A stretch of DNA of 64,000 nucleotides from an uncultured Alphaproteobacteria bacterium (GCA_944390685.1 CALXQL010000006.1:24108-88107), one strand, 5' to 3'. Positions 50,611 through 61,884 are shown, counted from the first letter of the stretch. Notes: generated by a model not told the origin, from the letters alone. A program made the numbers and translations.

Positions 50611-50955
50611 TTAGTTATTTTTATATAAAGATTTCATTTCAGGTGCATTATAAAGTGCATTTATAAGTTCATCTATGGTTTCAATTTTAAATTTTTCCGT
50701 GGTGGCAGTTAAATCTTTACTGAATTTAGCCTCTAAATTAGCAAGCAAATCCATCCATTGCCAATAATCAAAACCAACTTGGCTATATTTTTTATTTTTA
50801 AGCGAATCGTAATCAAATGTATCATTAGCATAAAGGTCTTCTGTGATAACCTTTTGTATTTCCTTTGATATCATTTGTTTTTTATTAAACATTTTTGTCC
50901 TTTTTATACTCATAATAATTATATTATAGACAATGTTTTTATATTTTGTCAACAT
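50611..50955 (-). CDS. Small hypothetical protein with weak acyl-carrier-protein-like pattern
   Basis: [13 protein letters not shown]...FDYDSL...[11 protein letters not shown]...[12 protein letters not shown] loosely follows the ACP helix pattern, with an insertion after DSL. Not convincing without a profile search. Confidence 0.3.
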   Translation of the reverse strand: MLTKYKNIVYNIIIMSIKRTKMFNKKQMISKEIQKVITEDLYANDTFDYDSLKNKKYSQVGFDYWQWMDLLANLEAKFSKDLTATTEKFKIETIDELINALYNAPEMKSLYKNN

Positions 50956-51042
50956 AATTATTTTTTCCTTTCCTTTATTTATAAAGTATCTATTGCAAAT
51001 ATAAATATTTCAAGTAAATTATATAGTATAGGAGAAAAGATT

Positions 51043-52362
51043 ATGAAAAATTTTAAATTTATATTGATTATACTAGCTTTTTTATTTACAGGAATAAATA
51101 CTTCTTATGCGGAAATCTTTGTTGATATTGACAGTGGTAATGTAAAACCTTTACCAATTGCAATTATGGATTTTGATTCAAATGATAAAGAACTAAATGA
51201 TTTAGGTAAAAAAATCACATCTGTTATCACAAATGATCTTAAAAGAAGTGGTTTATTTGCCCCTATATCTCATGATGCTTTTGTGGATAAAAAACAAGAT
51301 ATTGCAAAAAATCCAAATTTTGAAAACTGGATGGTAATAAATGCTATGGCTTTGGCATATGGTAATCTAAAATATAATGAAGATAAAAAAATTCGTGTTG
51401 AATTTTATCTTTGGGATATCCCAGGACAAATGAAATTAGAAGGACAAATTCTTTTAACCGAAAAATCAAATTGGCGAAGAATCGCCCATATCATTGCTGA
51501 TTATATTTATAAAAGAATGACTGGTGATAATGGATATTTTGATACAAGAATAGTTTATGTCGCTGAAAGTGGTTCAAAACTCAATAGAACAAAACGTCTT
51601 GCAATTATGGATCAAGATGGTGCAAATCATAAGTATTTAACAGATGGTAAAATACAAGTAACTACTCCTGTTTTTTCTCCTAATTCACAAAAAATTGCAT
51701 ATGTTACTTATTATAAAAAAGTACCTCGCGTTTATATTTTTGATATTGAAACAGGAGAACAAGAATTACTTGGCAATTTCCCTGGTATGTCTTTTGCTCC
51801 TCGTTTTTCTCCTGATGGTAAAAAAATAGTTATGAGCATTGCTAAAGATGGTAATACAGATATTTATGAAATGGATTTAAAGTCCAAAAAACTTTCTCAA
51901 CTTACCAAAAATGTAGCAATTGATACTGCTCCATCTTATTCTCCTGATGGTAAAAGAATAGCTTTTGTTTCAGATAGAAGCGGTATACCTCAAATATATA
52001 TTATGGATAATGATGGTGATAATGTTGAAAGAATTTCTTTTGGTAAAGGTCAATATGGTGATGTAAATTGGTCACCTCGCGGGGATTATTTGGCTTTCGT
52101 TAAAATACAAGATTCTAATTTTTATATTGGCGTTATGTTTGATGATGGAACAGGCGAAAGAATGATTGCAAAAGGTCATATTGTAGAATCACCTACTTGG
52201 TCAACAAATGGTAGAAGAATTATTTTTTATGAACAAAGTCCAACAAAAGATGGTAATGATAAATTAACATTACAACGCGTTGATATTACTGGATATAATC
52301 ATGAGGTAATAAAAACCCCTACCGGTGCTTCGGATCCGGCATGGTCGCCTAGTTTACCTTAA
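51043..52362 (+). CDS. tolB: Tol-Pal system beta-propeller protein TolB
   Basis: Signal peptide [23 protein letters not shown] and the repeated [20 protein letters not shown] propeller motifs. Start moved to 51043, which has a ggagaaaag RBS. Confidence 0.85.
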   Translation: MKNFKFILIILAFLFTGINTSYAEIFVDIDSGNVKPLPIAIMDFDSNDKELNDLGKKITSVITNDLKRSGLFAPISHDAFVDKKQDIAKNPNFENWMVINAMALAYGNLKYNEDKKIRVEFYLWDIPGQMKLEGQILLTEKSNWRRIAHIIADYIYKRMTGDNGYFDTRIVYVAESGSKLNRTKRLAIMDQDGANHKYLTDGKIQVTTPVFSPNSQKIAYVTYYKKVPRVYIFDIETGEQELLGNFPGMSFAPRFSPDGKKIVMSIAKDGNTDIYEMDLKSKKLSQLTKNVAIDTAPSYSPDGKRIAFVSDRSGIPQIYIMDNDGDNVERISFGKGQYGDVNWSPRGDYLAFVKIQDSNFYIGVMFDDGTGERMIAKGHIVESPTWSTNGRRIIFYEQSPTKDGNDKLTLQRVDITGYNHEVIKTPTGASDPAWSPSLP

Positions 52363-52435
52363 AAAAATTATTTTCTTGACTTTTATGGACTTTATGATAT
52401 ATTTGTCCATATTATAAAATAGAAAGGATATAATT

Positions 52436-52810
52436 ATGGCTTTTAAGCGTTGTCATAAATGTGATGAACAATTTATGGTTCAAGAATATAATACAATTAT
52501 ACATGATTCTCACAAAGTTATAAAAGATGTTAATAAGCAGTTATTAGAACAGGTCTATAATTCAATAGAATATATTACTGATAGATTAAGTAGCTTATTA
52601 CGTTTAAAAAATATTTTAGAAGAAAAACTTGCAAATCCAAACTTGTCTGTTGCTGAAAGATATAAACTTAATAAAAATTTAGAGTATTGTAAAGAAAATA
52701 TTAAAACTTGGGAAGCAAAAAAACAAGAATATGAAGAAAAACAAAAAGTTGAAAAGTTAAAAAAGAGTTATGCAAAATATCTACAAAAACAAAAAAATAA
52801 TGGTAGATAA
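52436..52810 (+). CDS. Hypothetical coiled-coil protein (124 aa)
   Basis: N-terminal CHKCD pair, then a Lys/Glu-rich helix. Sits where pal normally follows tolB but has no OmpA-like domain. Confidence 0.4.
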   Translation: MAFKRCHKCDEQFMVQEYNTIIHDSHKVIKDVNKQLLEQVYNSIEYITDRLSSLLRLKNILEEKLANPNLSVAERYKLNKNLEYCKENIKTWEAKKQEYEEKQKVEKLKKSYAKYLQKQKNNGR

Positions 52811-52813
52811 AAA

Positions 52814-52842
52814 TTAATCCCCTTTAAAAGGGGATTTTTTAA
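52814..52842. terminator. Bidirectional terminator-like hairpin, overlapping the stop of the oxidoreductase gene
   Basis: aatcccc-tttaaaa-ggggatt hairpin, then tttttt. Confidence 0.5.
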
Positions 52843-53921
52843 AATTTAACTATTTTCTTTTTATCTATAGAATCAACAATTGAACAAAGAAGTTGTAATG
52901 ATTGCATTGCATCTTCACTACTTATCAAAAACTCTTTTTTATTTATCAAAGTATCAACTACACTTTTATAATATGGTGTATGCCCGAATCCGTATACGGA
53001 ATCCACATCATAGGAAACCTCACAAAAATGATCAACTTTGTTATCAAATTTCCAATCTATTATTTTATTTAGGGCTATACCCCCTATTTTCACTAAACCT
53101 TTTTCCCCTAAAATTGTTATACTACCTTCATAATTTTCTTTATATGCCAAAACAGATAGGTTAACATTACCTATTATTCCATTTTTCCATTCTATGATAG
53201 CAGAGCCACAATCTTCTGTTTCTATATTTCTTTCCAATGTTTTACCAACAGCATAAACAGATTTTAATTTATCTCCAGCAAACCAATTCATTATATCGGT
53301 ATAATGAGACCCTTGAGTAATAAAGGCTCCTCCATCAATTTTTTTTGAACCATGCCAAGATGGATTTTTATAATAATCATCATTTCTATGCCAAAAAATA
53401 TTTGATGTTATCATATATATTTTACCAAATGCACCTTCATCCAATGCTTTTTTCACACATTGTATTGTTGGATTGAAACGATTTTGATGAATTAAAAATA
53501 TATGCAAACCTTTTTTATTTGCTATTTTCATCAATTTTTTACCCTCTTTATAGGACAATGTTAATGGTTTTTCAATTATAACATTTACATTATGATTTAG
53601 TATTTTTACTGCATTTTCATAATGATAGCCATTTGGTGTGCATATTGAAACTGCATCTAAATCTTCATTATTTAACATTTCATCCAGGTTCAAATATCCC
53701 CTTGCTCCAGTTTGTTTTGTGGCATTTGATAAATTTGTTTCATTCCTATCACACACAGCAACAAAATCAATCTCATTTGCATTGTTTTTTATAGCATCAA
53801 AGTGGCATTGACTTACCCTTCCACATCCGACAAGTCCTATTTTCAATTTGTTCATAAGAATTTTCTCCTTTATATTTTTATTTAAGTTTAACATATTTTT
53901 TATAAATAGCAAGTTATCCAT
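52839..53921 (-). CDS. Gfo/Idh/MocA-family NAD(P)-dependent oxidoreductase
   Basis: KIGLVGCGRVSQCHFDAI (Rossmann GxGxxG) and the EKPL motif. Confidence 0.8.
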   Translation of the reverse strand: MDNLLFIKNMLNLNKNIKEKILMNKLKIGLVGCGRVSQCHFDAIKNNANEIDFVAVCDRNETNLSNATKQTGARGYLNLDEMLNNEDLDAVSICTPNGYHYENAVKILNHNVNVIIEKPLTLSYKEGKKLMKIANKKGLHIFLIHQNRFNPTIQCVKKALDEGAFGKIYMITSNIFWHRNDDYYKNPSWHGSKKIDGGAFITQGSHYTDIMNWFAGDKLKSVYAVGKTLERNIETEDCGSAIIEWKNGIIGNVNLSVLAYKENYEGSITILGEKGLVKIGGIALNKIIDWKFDNKVDHFCEVSYDVDSVYGFGHTPYYKSVVDTLINKKEFLISSEDAMQSLQLLCSIVDSIDKKKIVKF

Positions 53922-54023
53922 TTTTTATTTATTCTTGACATTTTGTTTCAAAAATTGTAAATTTTCTTTATTCGGTTATAAATTAAACTGAAAAATAACA
54001 TTAACAAACAAAAGGATATAAAA

Positions 54024-54266
54024 ATGAGCGATCAAGTAAATGTTCTTGAAAAAGTAAAAAAAATAGTTGTTGAAAATCTTGGTGTTGAACCAGAAAAAGT
54101 AACTGAAAAATCTAGTTTCATTGATGATTTAGGTGCTGATTCTTTGGATACAGTTGAATTAGTTATGGCTTTTGAAGAAGAATTCGGTTGTGAAATTCCT
54201 GATAATGAAGCTGAAAAAATCTTAACTGTTGAAGATGCTGTTAAATATATTGAAGCTCACATCTAA
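54024..54266 (+). CDS. acpP: Acyl carrier protein
   Basis: 80 aa with [21 protein letters not shown]. Confidence 0.9.
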   Translation: MSDQVNVLEKVKKIVVENLGVEPEKVTEKSSFIDDLGADSLDTVELVMAFEEEFGCEIPDNEAEKILTVEDAVKYIEAHI

Positions 54267-54284
54267 TTTCAGTTAATAATTATT

Positions 54285-54310
54285 AAAGGTCTTCCTTGGA
54301 AGGCCTTTTT
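54285..54310 (+). terminator. Rho-independent terminator after acpP
   Basis: aaaggtcttcc/ggaaggccttt hairpin with one G-U pair, followed by ttttttt. Confidence 0.5.
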
Positions 54311-54371
54311 TTATCTTGTAAAAACTTATTATTTATATTATCATTCTTTTGTTAATAAAAAGGATTTTGTT

Positions 54372-55343
54372 ATGGATAAAATTTTACTTACCGGTGTTAA
54401 ACCTACAGGTAATCCTCATATTGGAAATTTATTTGGGGCAATTTTGCCAATGATAAATTTAATAAATGAAAATAAAAATGATTCTTTTGTCTTCATTGCA
54501 AATATTCATGCTTTAAATGCTATAAAGGATAAAAACTTTTTAAAAGATAAAACCTATGAAATTGCCGCAACTTTTTTAACTTTTGGACTTAATCCAAATA
54601 AAACAATTTTTTATAAGCAATCTGATATTCCAGAAATTTTTGAACTTAATTCTCTTTTATTAAACTTCACTCCAAAAGGTTTAATGAATAGAGCTCATGC
54701 TTATAAAGCTATTTTGGAACGTGATGGAAATGATGATAATGTAAATATGGGACTTTTTACCTATCCTATTTTAATGGCATGTGATATATTGATTATGAAT
54801 GCTGATATTGTGCCTGTTGGTTTGGATCAAAAACAACATATTGAAATAGCAAGGGATATCGCAAACGCTTTTAATTCAATATATAAATCCAATACCCTTA
54901 AACTTCCAGAAGAGTTTATTCAATATCAAGATTCTATTTTAGGGCTTGATGGAAGAAAAATGAGTAAATCTTATAATAATACTATTGAACTTTTTGCATC
55001 AAGTGATGATACATATAAAAAAATTATGAAAATACCTACTGATAGTTTATTACCTCAAGATAAAAAATCTTCCGATTCTACTTTATTCAAACTTATGAAA
55101 ATGTTTAATGTAGAGGATAGTTATCTTCAACAATATCTTGATGGGGGAATAGGTTATGGTGATGCAAAAAAACAATTAGCTTTATATGTTAATGATTATC
55201 TATCTCCTTATAGAGAGAAATATAACAAACTTATCAATGATAAAGTTTATATTGATGAAGTTCTTAAAAATGGTGCAGAAAAAGCAAGAAATGTTGCAAA
55301 TAAAACACTTAATGATGTAAAAAAAATTTTGGGATTGATTTAA
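54372..55343 (+). CDS. trpS: Tryptophan--tRNA ligase
   Basis: TGNPHIGNLFGAI (HIGH-class motif) and KMSKS. Confidence 0.9.
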   Translation: MDKILLTGVKPTGNPHIGNLFGAILPMINLINENKNDSFVFIANIHALNAIKDKNFLKDKTYEIAATFLTFGLNPNKTIFYKQSDIPEIFELNSLLLNFTPKGLMNRAHAYKAILERDGNDDNVNMGLFTYPILMACDILIMNADIVPVGLDQKQHIEIARDIANAFNSIYKSNTLKLPEEFIQYQDSILGLDGRKMSKSYNNTIELFASSDDTYKKIMKIPTDSLLPQDKKSSDSTLFKLMKMFNVEDSYLQQYLDGGIGYGDAKKQLALYVNDYLSPYREKYNKLINDKVYIDEVLKNGAEKARNVANKTLNDVKKILGLI

Positions 55344-57056
55344 ATGGATTTTATTAAAAATAATTTGGAACAAATTGTTAGAAATGCTTTATCTTCTTTA
55401 AATTTTCCAATTGATGAAAATTTAGAAATTATACGTGATTCAGATAGACCTGATTTATCGGATTTTCAATCAAATATTGCTTTATCTCTTGCAAAAAGTT
55501 TGAAACAAAATCCTAGAAATATTGCTCAAAATATTGTTGATAATATTCATGTAGATGGTTTAATTCTTTCCATAGATGGACCGGGATTTATCAATTTTGT
55601 TTTGGATTTTAAACTTGTTGAAAAATTTTTATCGCAGTTTATAAATAATAATCCGTTTAATCAAAAGTGTATTGATAATCCTCCTAAAATTATTGTAGAT
55701 TATGGTGGTCCTAATGTCGCAAAATCATTACATGTTGGTCATCTTAGGGCTAGTATCATTGGAGAGGCCTTAAAAAATCTTGCAAAATTTAAAGGTTATA
55801 ATGTCGTAGGTGATATACATCTTGGCGATTGGGGACTTCCTATGGGACTTATTATTGCTTCTATAAAGGAAAAGGGCTTAAAACTTCCTATTGATATTGA
55901 TACTCTTAATACTATTTATCCAGAGGCATCAAAAAAATCAAAGGAAGATAAAGCTTTTATGCAAATTGCACAAGATGAAACAAAAAAACTTCAAAATAAA
56001 GATGAAACAAATTTCAATATGTGGAAAAGTTTTAGGCAAACTTCATTAAATGAAATTAAAAAGACTCTTGATATACTAAATATAGATTTTGATCTTTGGC
56101 TTGGTGAAAGTGATGCAAATGATGATGTAAATATGCTTGTGTCTTATCTTCATAATAAGGGATTTACTTCTCCTTCCCAGGGGGCGGAAATTATTGATTT
56201 AGCAAATAATCCCATGGGAAATACACAAGTTCCTCCTTTCATAGTAGTAAAATCTAATGGTGCAATTATGTATGGAATGACAGATCTTGCTACCATTTAT
56301 GATAGAGTTGAACGACAAAATGCCGACTTTATTTGGTATGTAGTAGACAGTAGACAAGCACTTCATTTCCATCAAGTTTTTAGTGTCGCAAAACTTACCT
56401 CAATTGCAAAACATTGTAAATTGGAACATCTTGGCTTTGGTGCAGTATTGGGAAGTGATGCAAAACCTCTTAAAACAAGAAGTGGGGATAATGTAAGTTT
56501 AAATGAACTTATTGATGAAACATTGAAATCTGCAAAAATAAAAATTGATGAAAATGAAAAATCTAATTTAATCCCAGAGGAAGAAAAAAATATCATTGCA
56601 AAAGATGTGGCCATTTCCGCACTTAAATTTGCTGATTTAATAAATCCTAGAACTAGTGATTATATATTCAATGTAGATAAGTTCGTAAGTTTTGAAGGAA
56701 AAACTGGACCTTATATTCTTTATAGTGCTGTTAGAATAAAATCCTTACTTAAAGATATTGATGTTAAACCTTCTAACATAATAATTGATAATGAATGGAT
56801 TAAAAAACTTGCTTTGTTCATTTGTAAATTTGATGATGTCATTGATAAGGCTTTTGATAATAGAGCTATAAACATATTGGCTCAATATATTTATGATTTG
56901 GCTGTGATTTATAATAATTTTTATCATAATGTTAAAATATTATCCCAAGAAAATTTGGAATTGAAAAATTCTTATTTATATATTTCAAAAATAACTTTGA
57001 ATATTTTCCAAATTTTTGCTAATATTATTAAAATAAATATACCTGAAAGGATGTAA
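55344..57056 (+). CDS. argS: Arginine--tRNA ligase
   Basis: 570 aa. NVAKSLHVGHLRASIIGEAL (HIGH) and the DALR anticodon-binding C-terminus. Confidence 0.9.
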   Translation: MDFIKNNLEQIVRNALSSLNFPIDENLEIIRDSDRPDLSDFQSNIALSLAKSLKQNPRNIAQNIVDNIHVDGLILSIDGPGFINFVLDFKLVEKFLSQFINNNPFNQKCIDNPPKIIVDYGGPNVAKSLHVGHLRASIIGEALKNLAKFKGYNVVGDIHLGDWGLPMGLIIASIKEKGLKLPIDIDTLNTIYPEASKKSKEDKAFMQIAQDETKKLQNKDETNFNMWKSFRQTSLNEIKKTLDILNIDFDLWLGESDANDDVNMLVSYLHNKGFTSPSQGAEIIDLANNPMGNTQVPPFIVVKSNGAIMYGMTDLATIYDRVERQNADFIWYVVDSRQALHFHQVFSVAKLTSIAKHCKLEHLGFGAVLGSDAKPLKTRSGDNVSLNELIDETLKSAKIKIDENEKSNLIPEEEKNIIAKDVAISALKFADLINPRTSDYIFNVDKFVSFEGKTGPYILYSAVRIKSLLKDIDVKPSNIIIDNEWIKKLALFICKFDDVIDKAFDNRAINILAQYIYDLAVIYNNFYHNVKILSQENLELKNSYLYISKITLNIFQIFANIIKINIPERM

Positions 57057-57058
57057 AA

Positions 57059-57730
57059 ATGATGTATCTTTATAGTTTCTTATTAATTTGTTCCGTTTAT
57101 TTGATTGGTGCTATACCTTTTGGTTTAGTATTAACAAAAATATTTTTAAAACAAGATATCCGCAAAATTGGAAGTGGAAATATTGGGGCTACTAATGTAT
57201 TGAGAACTGGAAGCAAAATTCTTGCCCTTTTAACTATTATTTTAGATGCATTAAAACCATTTATTGCTTATTATGTCGCAAAATATTTAATGATTTTATT
57301 TTTTGGTTCAATAGTAGTAGAAACTTTATTCTTCCTTTATGATGTATATATAAAAATGGTGGTAGTCGCTATTGTAATAATTGCTCATTGCTTCCCTATA
57401 TATCTTAATTTCAAAGGGGGCAAAGGTGTGGCATCTGTTTTCGGTTCATTATTCCTTTTTTCAAATATTATTCCTTTTATGGCTTTGGCAACATGGATAG
57501 TAGTTGCAATATTATTTAAAAAATCTTCATTAGCTGCATTAACAACTGCTATTGTTTTACCTATATATATTTATTATTTTTCAGGTTATAAATCTTTGAT
57601 CGTTGAATATTTAACTTTATTTTTTGTAGGTGTTTCTTTATTCGTTATACTTCGTCATATTTCCAATATTAAAAGACTTATAAAAGGTGAAGAGTCTAAT
57701 ATAACTTTTAAAAAGAAAAATAATGAATAA
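57059..57730 (+). CDS. plsY: Glycerol-3-phosphate acyltransferase PlsY
   Basis: GSGNIGATNVLRTGSK motif and multiple TM helices. Confidence 0.85.
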   Translation: MMYLYSFLLICSVYLIGAIPFGLVLTKIFLKQDIRKIGSGNIGATNVLRTGSKILALLTIILDALKPFIAYYVAKYLMILFFGSIVVETLFFLYDVYIKMVVVAIVIIAHCFPIYLNFKGGKGVASVFGSLFLFSNIIPFMALATWIVVAILFKKSSLAALTTAIVLPIYIYYFSGYKSLIVEYLTLFFVGVSLFVILRHISNIKRLIKGEESNITFKKKNNE

Positions 57731-58853
57731 AATTGATGAAGATAAAATTAACTATATAAGACTTATCAATACCGATGGTGTTGGTAGTGTATTGTTTTTT
57801 AATCTTCTTAAAAAATATAAAACGCCTCAAAATGTTTTGGATTTTTTACAATATGAAAGAAAATTAAATATTTTCCCTAAAAACCTTGCCGAAGAACAAT
57901 TTGAATTGGCGGAAAAAATAGGCGCTAAAATCATATTTTTTTGTGATGAAGATTATCCATTCCTTTTAAAACAGATTTATGATGTGCCTCCTCTTATTTA
58001 TGTCAGAGGAAATATTGATACTCTTAATACTAAATCTATTGCAGTGGTTGGATCAAGAAATGCATCCATAAATAGTAAACATTTTACAACTTCTTTATCA
58101 CGCCAACTTGTGGATAATGGGTTTTGTGTGGTATCTGGTATGGCTATTGGTATTGATACGGAAGCTCATTTGGGTGCATTGTCTTCCATTTTTAATAAAG
58201 GTAAACAAACTATTGCTGTATTGGCGGGAGGTGTAGATAATATCTATCCTTTATCAAATAGAAATCTTTATAATCAAATAATTGATAATGGCGCTGTAAT
58301 TTCAGAAATGAGAATTGGAACTCAACCTCAAGCAAATTTGTTTCCTAAACGAAATAGAATTATTTCTGGATTATCTCTTGGAACATTAGTTATGGAGGCA
58401 AGTCTTAAATCTGGTAGTTTGATTACTGCAAGATTTGCTATGGAACAAGCAAGAGAGGTTTTCGCTGTTCCAAACTTCCCTATGGATCCAAGAAGTTCTG
58501 GAACAAATGATTTAATTAGAAATGGGGCTACATTAGTTACAAATGTTGATGATATTCTTGATACATTAAATAAAATAAAAGAGGAAAATATCATAAAAAC
58601 TGAAAACCGTGATTTATTTTTAAATGAAGAATTTAATGATGCCTTCGTGGAAGATGATTTTGATTTTGATAATATGGACTTGGATAATAAAATTTTATCA
58701 CTTCTTAATAATACCCCTATTTCAATTGATAGTTTAATTAGGGAATTATCCCCTCAATTTTCACAAGCAAAAATATCAAATGCTTTATTAAAATTGGAAT
58801 TAGATGATAAAATTTCTTATCCATCAACGGGAAAAATTATTTTAAAATTATAG
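57723..58853 (+). CDS. dprA: DNA-processing protein DprA
   Basis: VVSGMAIGIDTEAHLGAL, the Rossmann-like DprA core, and a C-terminal winged-helix-like tail. Confidence 0.8.
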   Translation: MNKIDEDKINYIRLINTDGVGSVLFFNLLKKYKTPQNVLDFLQYERKLNIFPKNLAEEQFELAEKIGAKIIFFCDEDYPFLLKQIYDVPPLIYVRGNIDTLNTKSIAVVGSRNASINSKHFTTSLSRQLVDNGFCVVSGMAIGIDTEAHLGALSSIFNKGKQTIAVLAGGVDNIYPLSNRNLYNQIIDNGAVISEMRIGTQPQANLFPKRNRIISGLSLGTLVMEASLKSGSLITARFAMEQAREVFAVPNFPMDPRSSGTNDLIRNGATLVTNVDDILDTLNKIKEENIIKTENRDLFLNEEFNDAFVEDDFDFDNMDLDNKILSLLNNTPISIDSLIRELSPQFSQAKISNALLKLELDDKISYPSTGKIILKL

Positions 58854-58863
58854 AGGTGTTAAA

Positions 58864-61125
58864 TTGAAAAGTGTTGAATTATTGGCTCCGGCTGGAAACT
58901 TTGAATGTGCAATTGCTGGATTTACCTATGGTGCAGATGCTATATATTTAGGACTTAAAAATTTTTCTGCAAGGGCTGATGCATTTAATTTTTCCAATGA
59001 TGAATTGATTGCGATTGTAAATTTTGCTCATAAAAATAATAAAAAAGTTTATGTCGCTATAAATACTCTTATACAAAATGATGAAATAGATGAACTAATT
59101 GAAAAATTATATTGGGTTGATAAAGCAAATGCCGATGCTGTCATTGTTCAAGATTTTGGTGTGGTAAATATAATTAAAACTTATTTTCCTAATATTCAAT
59201 TACATGCAAGCACTCAAATGGCTGTACATAATTTAGATGGTGCAATCGCACTTAAAAATTTAGGTTTTTCTCGTTGTGTGTTGGCAAGGGAACTTTCTTT
59301 TGATGAAATTCTTTATATAACAAAAAATTGTGGCATTGAAACAGAAGTATTTATACATGGCGCTTTATGTTATTCTTATAGTGGACTTTGTATGTATTCT
59401 TCTTTTATAAAAGGCGAATCGGCAAATAGAGGAAAGTGTACTTATCCTTGTCGTAAATTATATGATGGGGTGCATCCTTATTCTATGAAAGATTTATGTC
59501 TTTCAGATGATGTGAAAAAATTATGTGAAATAGGTGTGGCTTCCCTTAAAATTGAAGGAAGAAAAAAAACTCCTTTATATGTCGCATCTACAACTGATTA
59601 TTATAGAAAAATTATTGATGGAAAAAATACAAAAGGTTTAATTGAAAATATAAAACGAATCTTTGCTCGTCCTTTCACAAATCTTCATTTTTATGGTAAA
59701 AATAAAGATGTCATTGATAGAGATTTTTCAGGTCCTCGTGGGCTTTTTATTGGGAAAGTTTTATCTTATAAAAATAACTCCATTAAATTTAAGACTTTAT
59801 TTCCTATTGCAAAACACGATGGTCTTTTAATTACTATTGAAAATGTGGAAAAACCTTTTGGATTTGCTCTTGATAATATGAGAGTTAAAGGTAAATATGT
59901 TTTCGAAGCAAATAAAGGTGATATAGTGGAAGTCAAACTTCCTAAAAATTCTCCTATGATTAAAGAAAATTATGATGTATATTGCGCTTCTTCTATGAGT
60001 GTAAAGGGAAGTTATCCATACAATGTTCCTTCAATAGATTCTTTACTGGAAAAAGAAAAAATTGATATAACTTGTATTTTAACTAAAAATAATATCTCTG
60101 CTTTTTCTATTTATAATAATCAAAAAGTAGCAGTTCAAATTGATGGTGATTTTCAAAAGGCAAATGATATTGAAAAAATGAAAATATCAACTTTTAATGC
60201 TTTTTCAAAATTGGGGGATTCTTCTTTCATTCTTAATGATTTTAATTATCAAAATGATGATGGGATATTTGCTTCTATTTCCATATTAAATGATATAAGA
60301 AGACAACTTATTGTCAAATTGGAGGCATTAAAATCTACTATAAAACCTATATTGCCTAATGTTAAAAAATTTGATGATGTTATAAATAAATCGTCCAATT
60401 ATATTATTAAGATTGATGATGCTTCTTATTTAGATTTATTTGATAAAAATGATATTCAAAATATTTATGAAGTAATTATTGATGTATTTAATGATATTGA
60501 AAAACTAAATCCTTTAATTGATAAAAATAAGGTAAGAATTTCTATACCTGTTGTTATAAGAGATAAAATGATATTAAAAGTAAAAGAAAAAATTAAATAT
60601 TTAATCAATAAAGGTTTTTATAAATTTCAAATATCTAATATATTTGGATTAAATATTGTAAAAGAATTTAATATCACTGATTGGTCTGTTGATTATTTCA
60701 TGTATAATTTAAATCTTTATGCCTTTGATTTTTGGAAAAATTTAGGTGCAAAACGAATCACTTTAAGTGTAGAAGATAATAAAAAAAATATGAATCTATC
60801 ACTTAAAAAAAATGCAAATATTTCCGAGGTTATTGTATATCAAGATACACCTTTATTCATTGCTGATAATTGTATGGGGGATTGTAAAAATTGTAAATCA
60901 TCAGCGTCTACTATAATTAAAAATTGCAGGAATTTTATTTTGTCACCAAAGCCTTTTTGTATTGTTGAATATGAAAAGGAATTGATTGCTCCTTTTGCTT
61001 TTCGTTTTGATTTTTGTTTCAAAAAATATAATGCTCAAGAAGTTAAAAATTTATTTAATAATTTAATGAAAAATAAAAAGCCCCTATCTTATACTATTGC
61101 TAATTTTGATAGAGGCTTTAAGTAA
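58864..61125 (+). CDS. Peptidase U32-family protein (753 aa, long form), TTG start
   Basis: EVFIHGALCYSYSGLCMYSSFIKGESANRGKCTYPCR is the U32 signature. There is a C-terminal extension of about 300 aa with CMGDCKNC. The ORF opens at TTG (58864). Confidence 0.75.
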   Translation: MKSVELLAPAGNFECAIAGFTYGADAIYLGLKNFSARADAFNFSNDELIAIVNFAHKNNKKVYVAINTLIQNDEIDELIEKLYWVDKANADAVIVQDFGVVNIIKTYFPNIQLHASTQMAVHNLDGAIALKNLGFSRCVLARELSFDEILYITKNCGIETEVFIHGALCYSYSGLCMYSSFIKGESANRGKCTYPCRKLYDGVHPYSMKDLCLSDDVKKLCEIGVASLKIEGRKKTPLYVASTTDYYRKIIDGKNTKGLIENIKRIFARPFTNLHFYGKNKDVIDRDFSGPRGLFIGKVLSYKNNSIKFKTLFPIAKHDGLLITIENVEKPFGFALDNMRVKGKYVFEANKGDIVEVKLPKNSPMIKENYDVYCASSMSVKGSYPYNVPSIDSLLEKEKIDITCILTKNNISAFSIYNNQKVAVQIDGDFQKANDIEKMKISTFNAFSKLGDSSFILNDFNYQNDDGIFASISILNDIRRQLIVKLEALKSTIKPILPNVKKFDDVINKSSNYIIKIDDASYLDLFDKNDIQNIYEVIIDVFNDIEKLNPLIDKNKVRISIPVVIRDKMILKVKEKIKYLINKGFYKFQISNIFGLNIVKEFNITDWSVDYFMYNLNLYAFDFWKNLGAKRITLSVEDNKKNMNLSLKKNANISEVIVYQDTPLFIADNCMGDCKNCKSSASTIIKNCRNFILSPKPFCIVEYEKELIAPFAFRFDFCFKKYNAQEVKNLFNNLMKNKKPLSYTIANFDRGFK

Positions 61126-61136
61126 CATTGCAAATA

Positions 61137-61874
61137 TTATACTCTTAACATACCACCATTTACATGTATTGTTTGTCCTGTAATATATGATGCTTCATCA
61201 CTGGATAAAAATACAGCTGAATTTGCAACATCATCTGGGGTTCCAAAACGTTTAAGTGGAATTTGTTCCATCATTTTATTTTTTACATCTTCTGATAATA
61301 CATCAGTCATAGGTGTAGAAATAAATCCAGGTGCAATACAATTTATTGTAATGCCACGACTTGCTACCTCCATAGAAAGAGCTTTACTCATACCTGTTAA
61401 ACCTGCTTTTGTAGCACAATAATTTGCTTGACCGGCATTTCCCATCCAACCAACAATAGATGTTATATTTATAACTCTTCCATATCTGTTTTTCATCATT
61501 GGTGTTAAAACTTCCCTTGTCAATTTAAAACATGCTGTAAGGTTAACATCTATTACACTTTGCCAATCTTCATCCTTCATTCTCATCATCAAAGTATCCC
61601 TTGTTAATCCTGCATTATTTACCAAGATATCAATTTTACCTGTAATTTTTAATGCTTCATTTACAAGTTCCTTTATTTTTTCAGAATCAGATAAGTCGGC
61701 TGGGATAATATGTGCACGTTCACCCAATTTATTTTTTAATGCTTCTAGAACTTCAACCTTTCTTCCGGTTAATATTACATTTGCACCTTGTTCATAAAAT
61801 TTTGTTGCAATTGCTTCACCTATACCACCGGTTGCTCCTGTAATCAATGCTGTTTTTCCTGTTAAATCAAACAT
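61137..61874 (-). CDS. fabG: 3-oxoacyl-[ACP] reductase
   Basis: TGATGGIGEAIA and the SDR catalytic region ...YCATKAG... (YxxxK). Confidence 0.9.
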   Translation of the reverse strand: MFDLTGKTALITGATGGIGEAIATKFYEQGANVILTGRKVEVLEALKNKLGERAHIIPADLSDSEKIKELVNEALKITGKIDILVNNAGLTRDTLMMRMKDEDWQSVIDVNLTACFKLTREVLTPMMKNRYGRVINITSIVGWMGNAGQANYCATKAGLTGMSKALSMEVASRGITINCIAPGFISTPMTDVLSEDVKNKMMEQIPLKRFGTPDDVANSAVFLSSDEASYITGQTIHVNGGMLRV

Positions 61875-61884
61875 AGCTTTCTCC

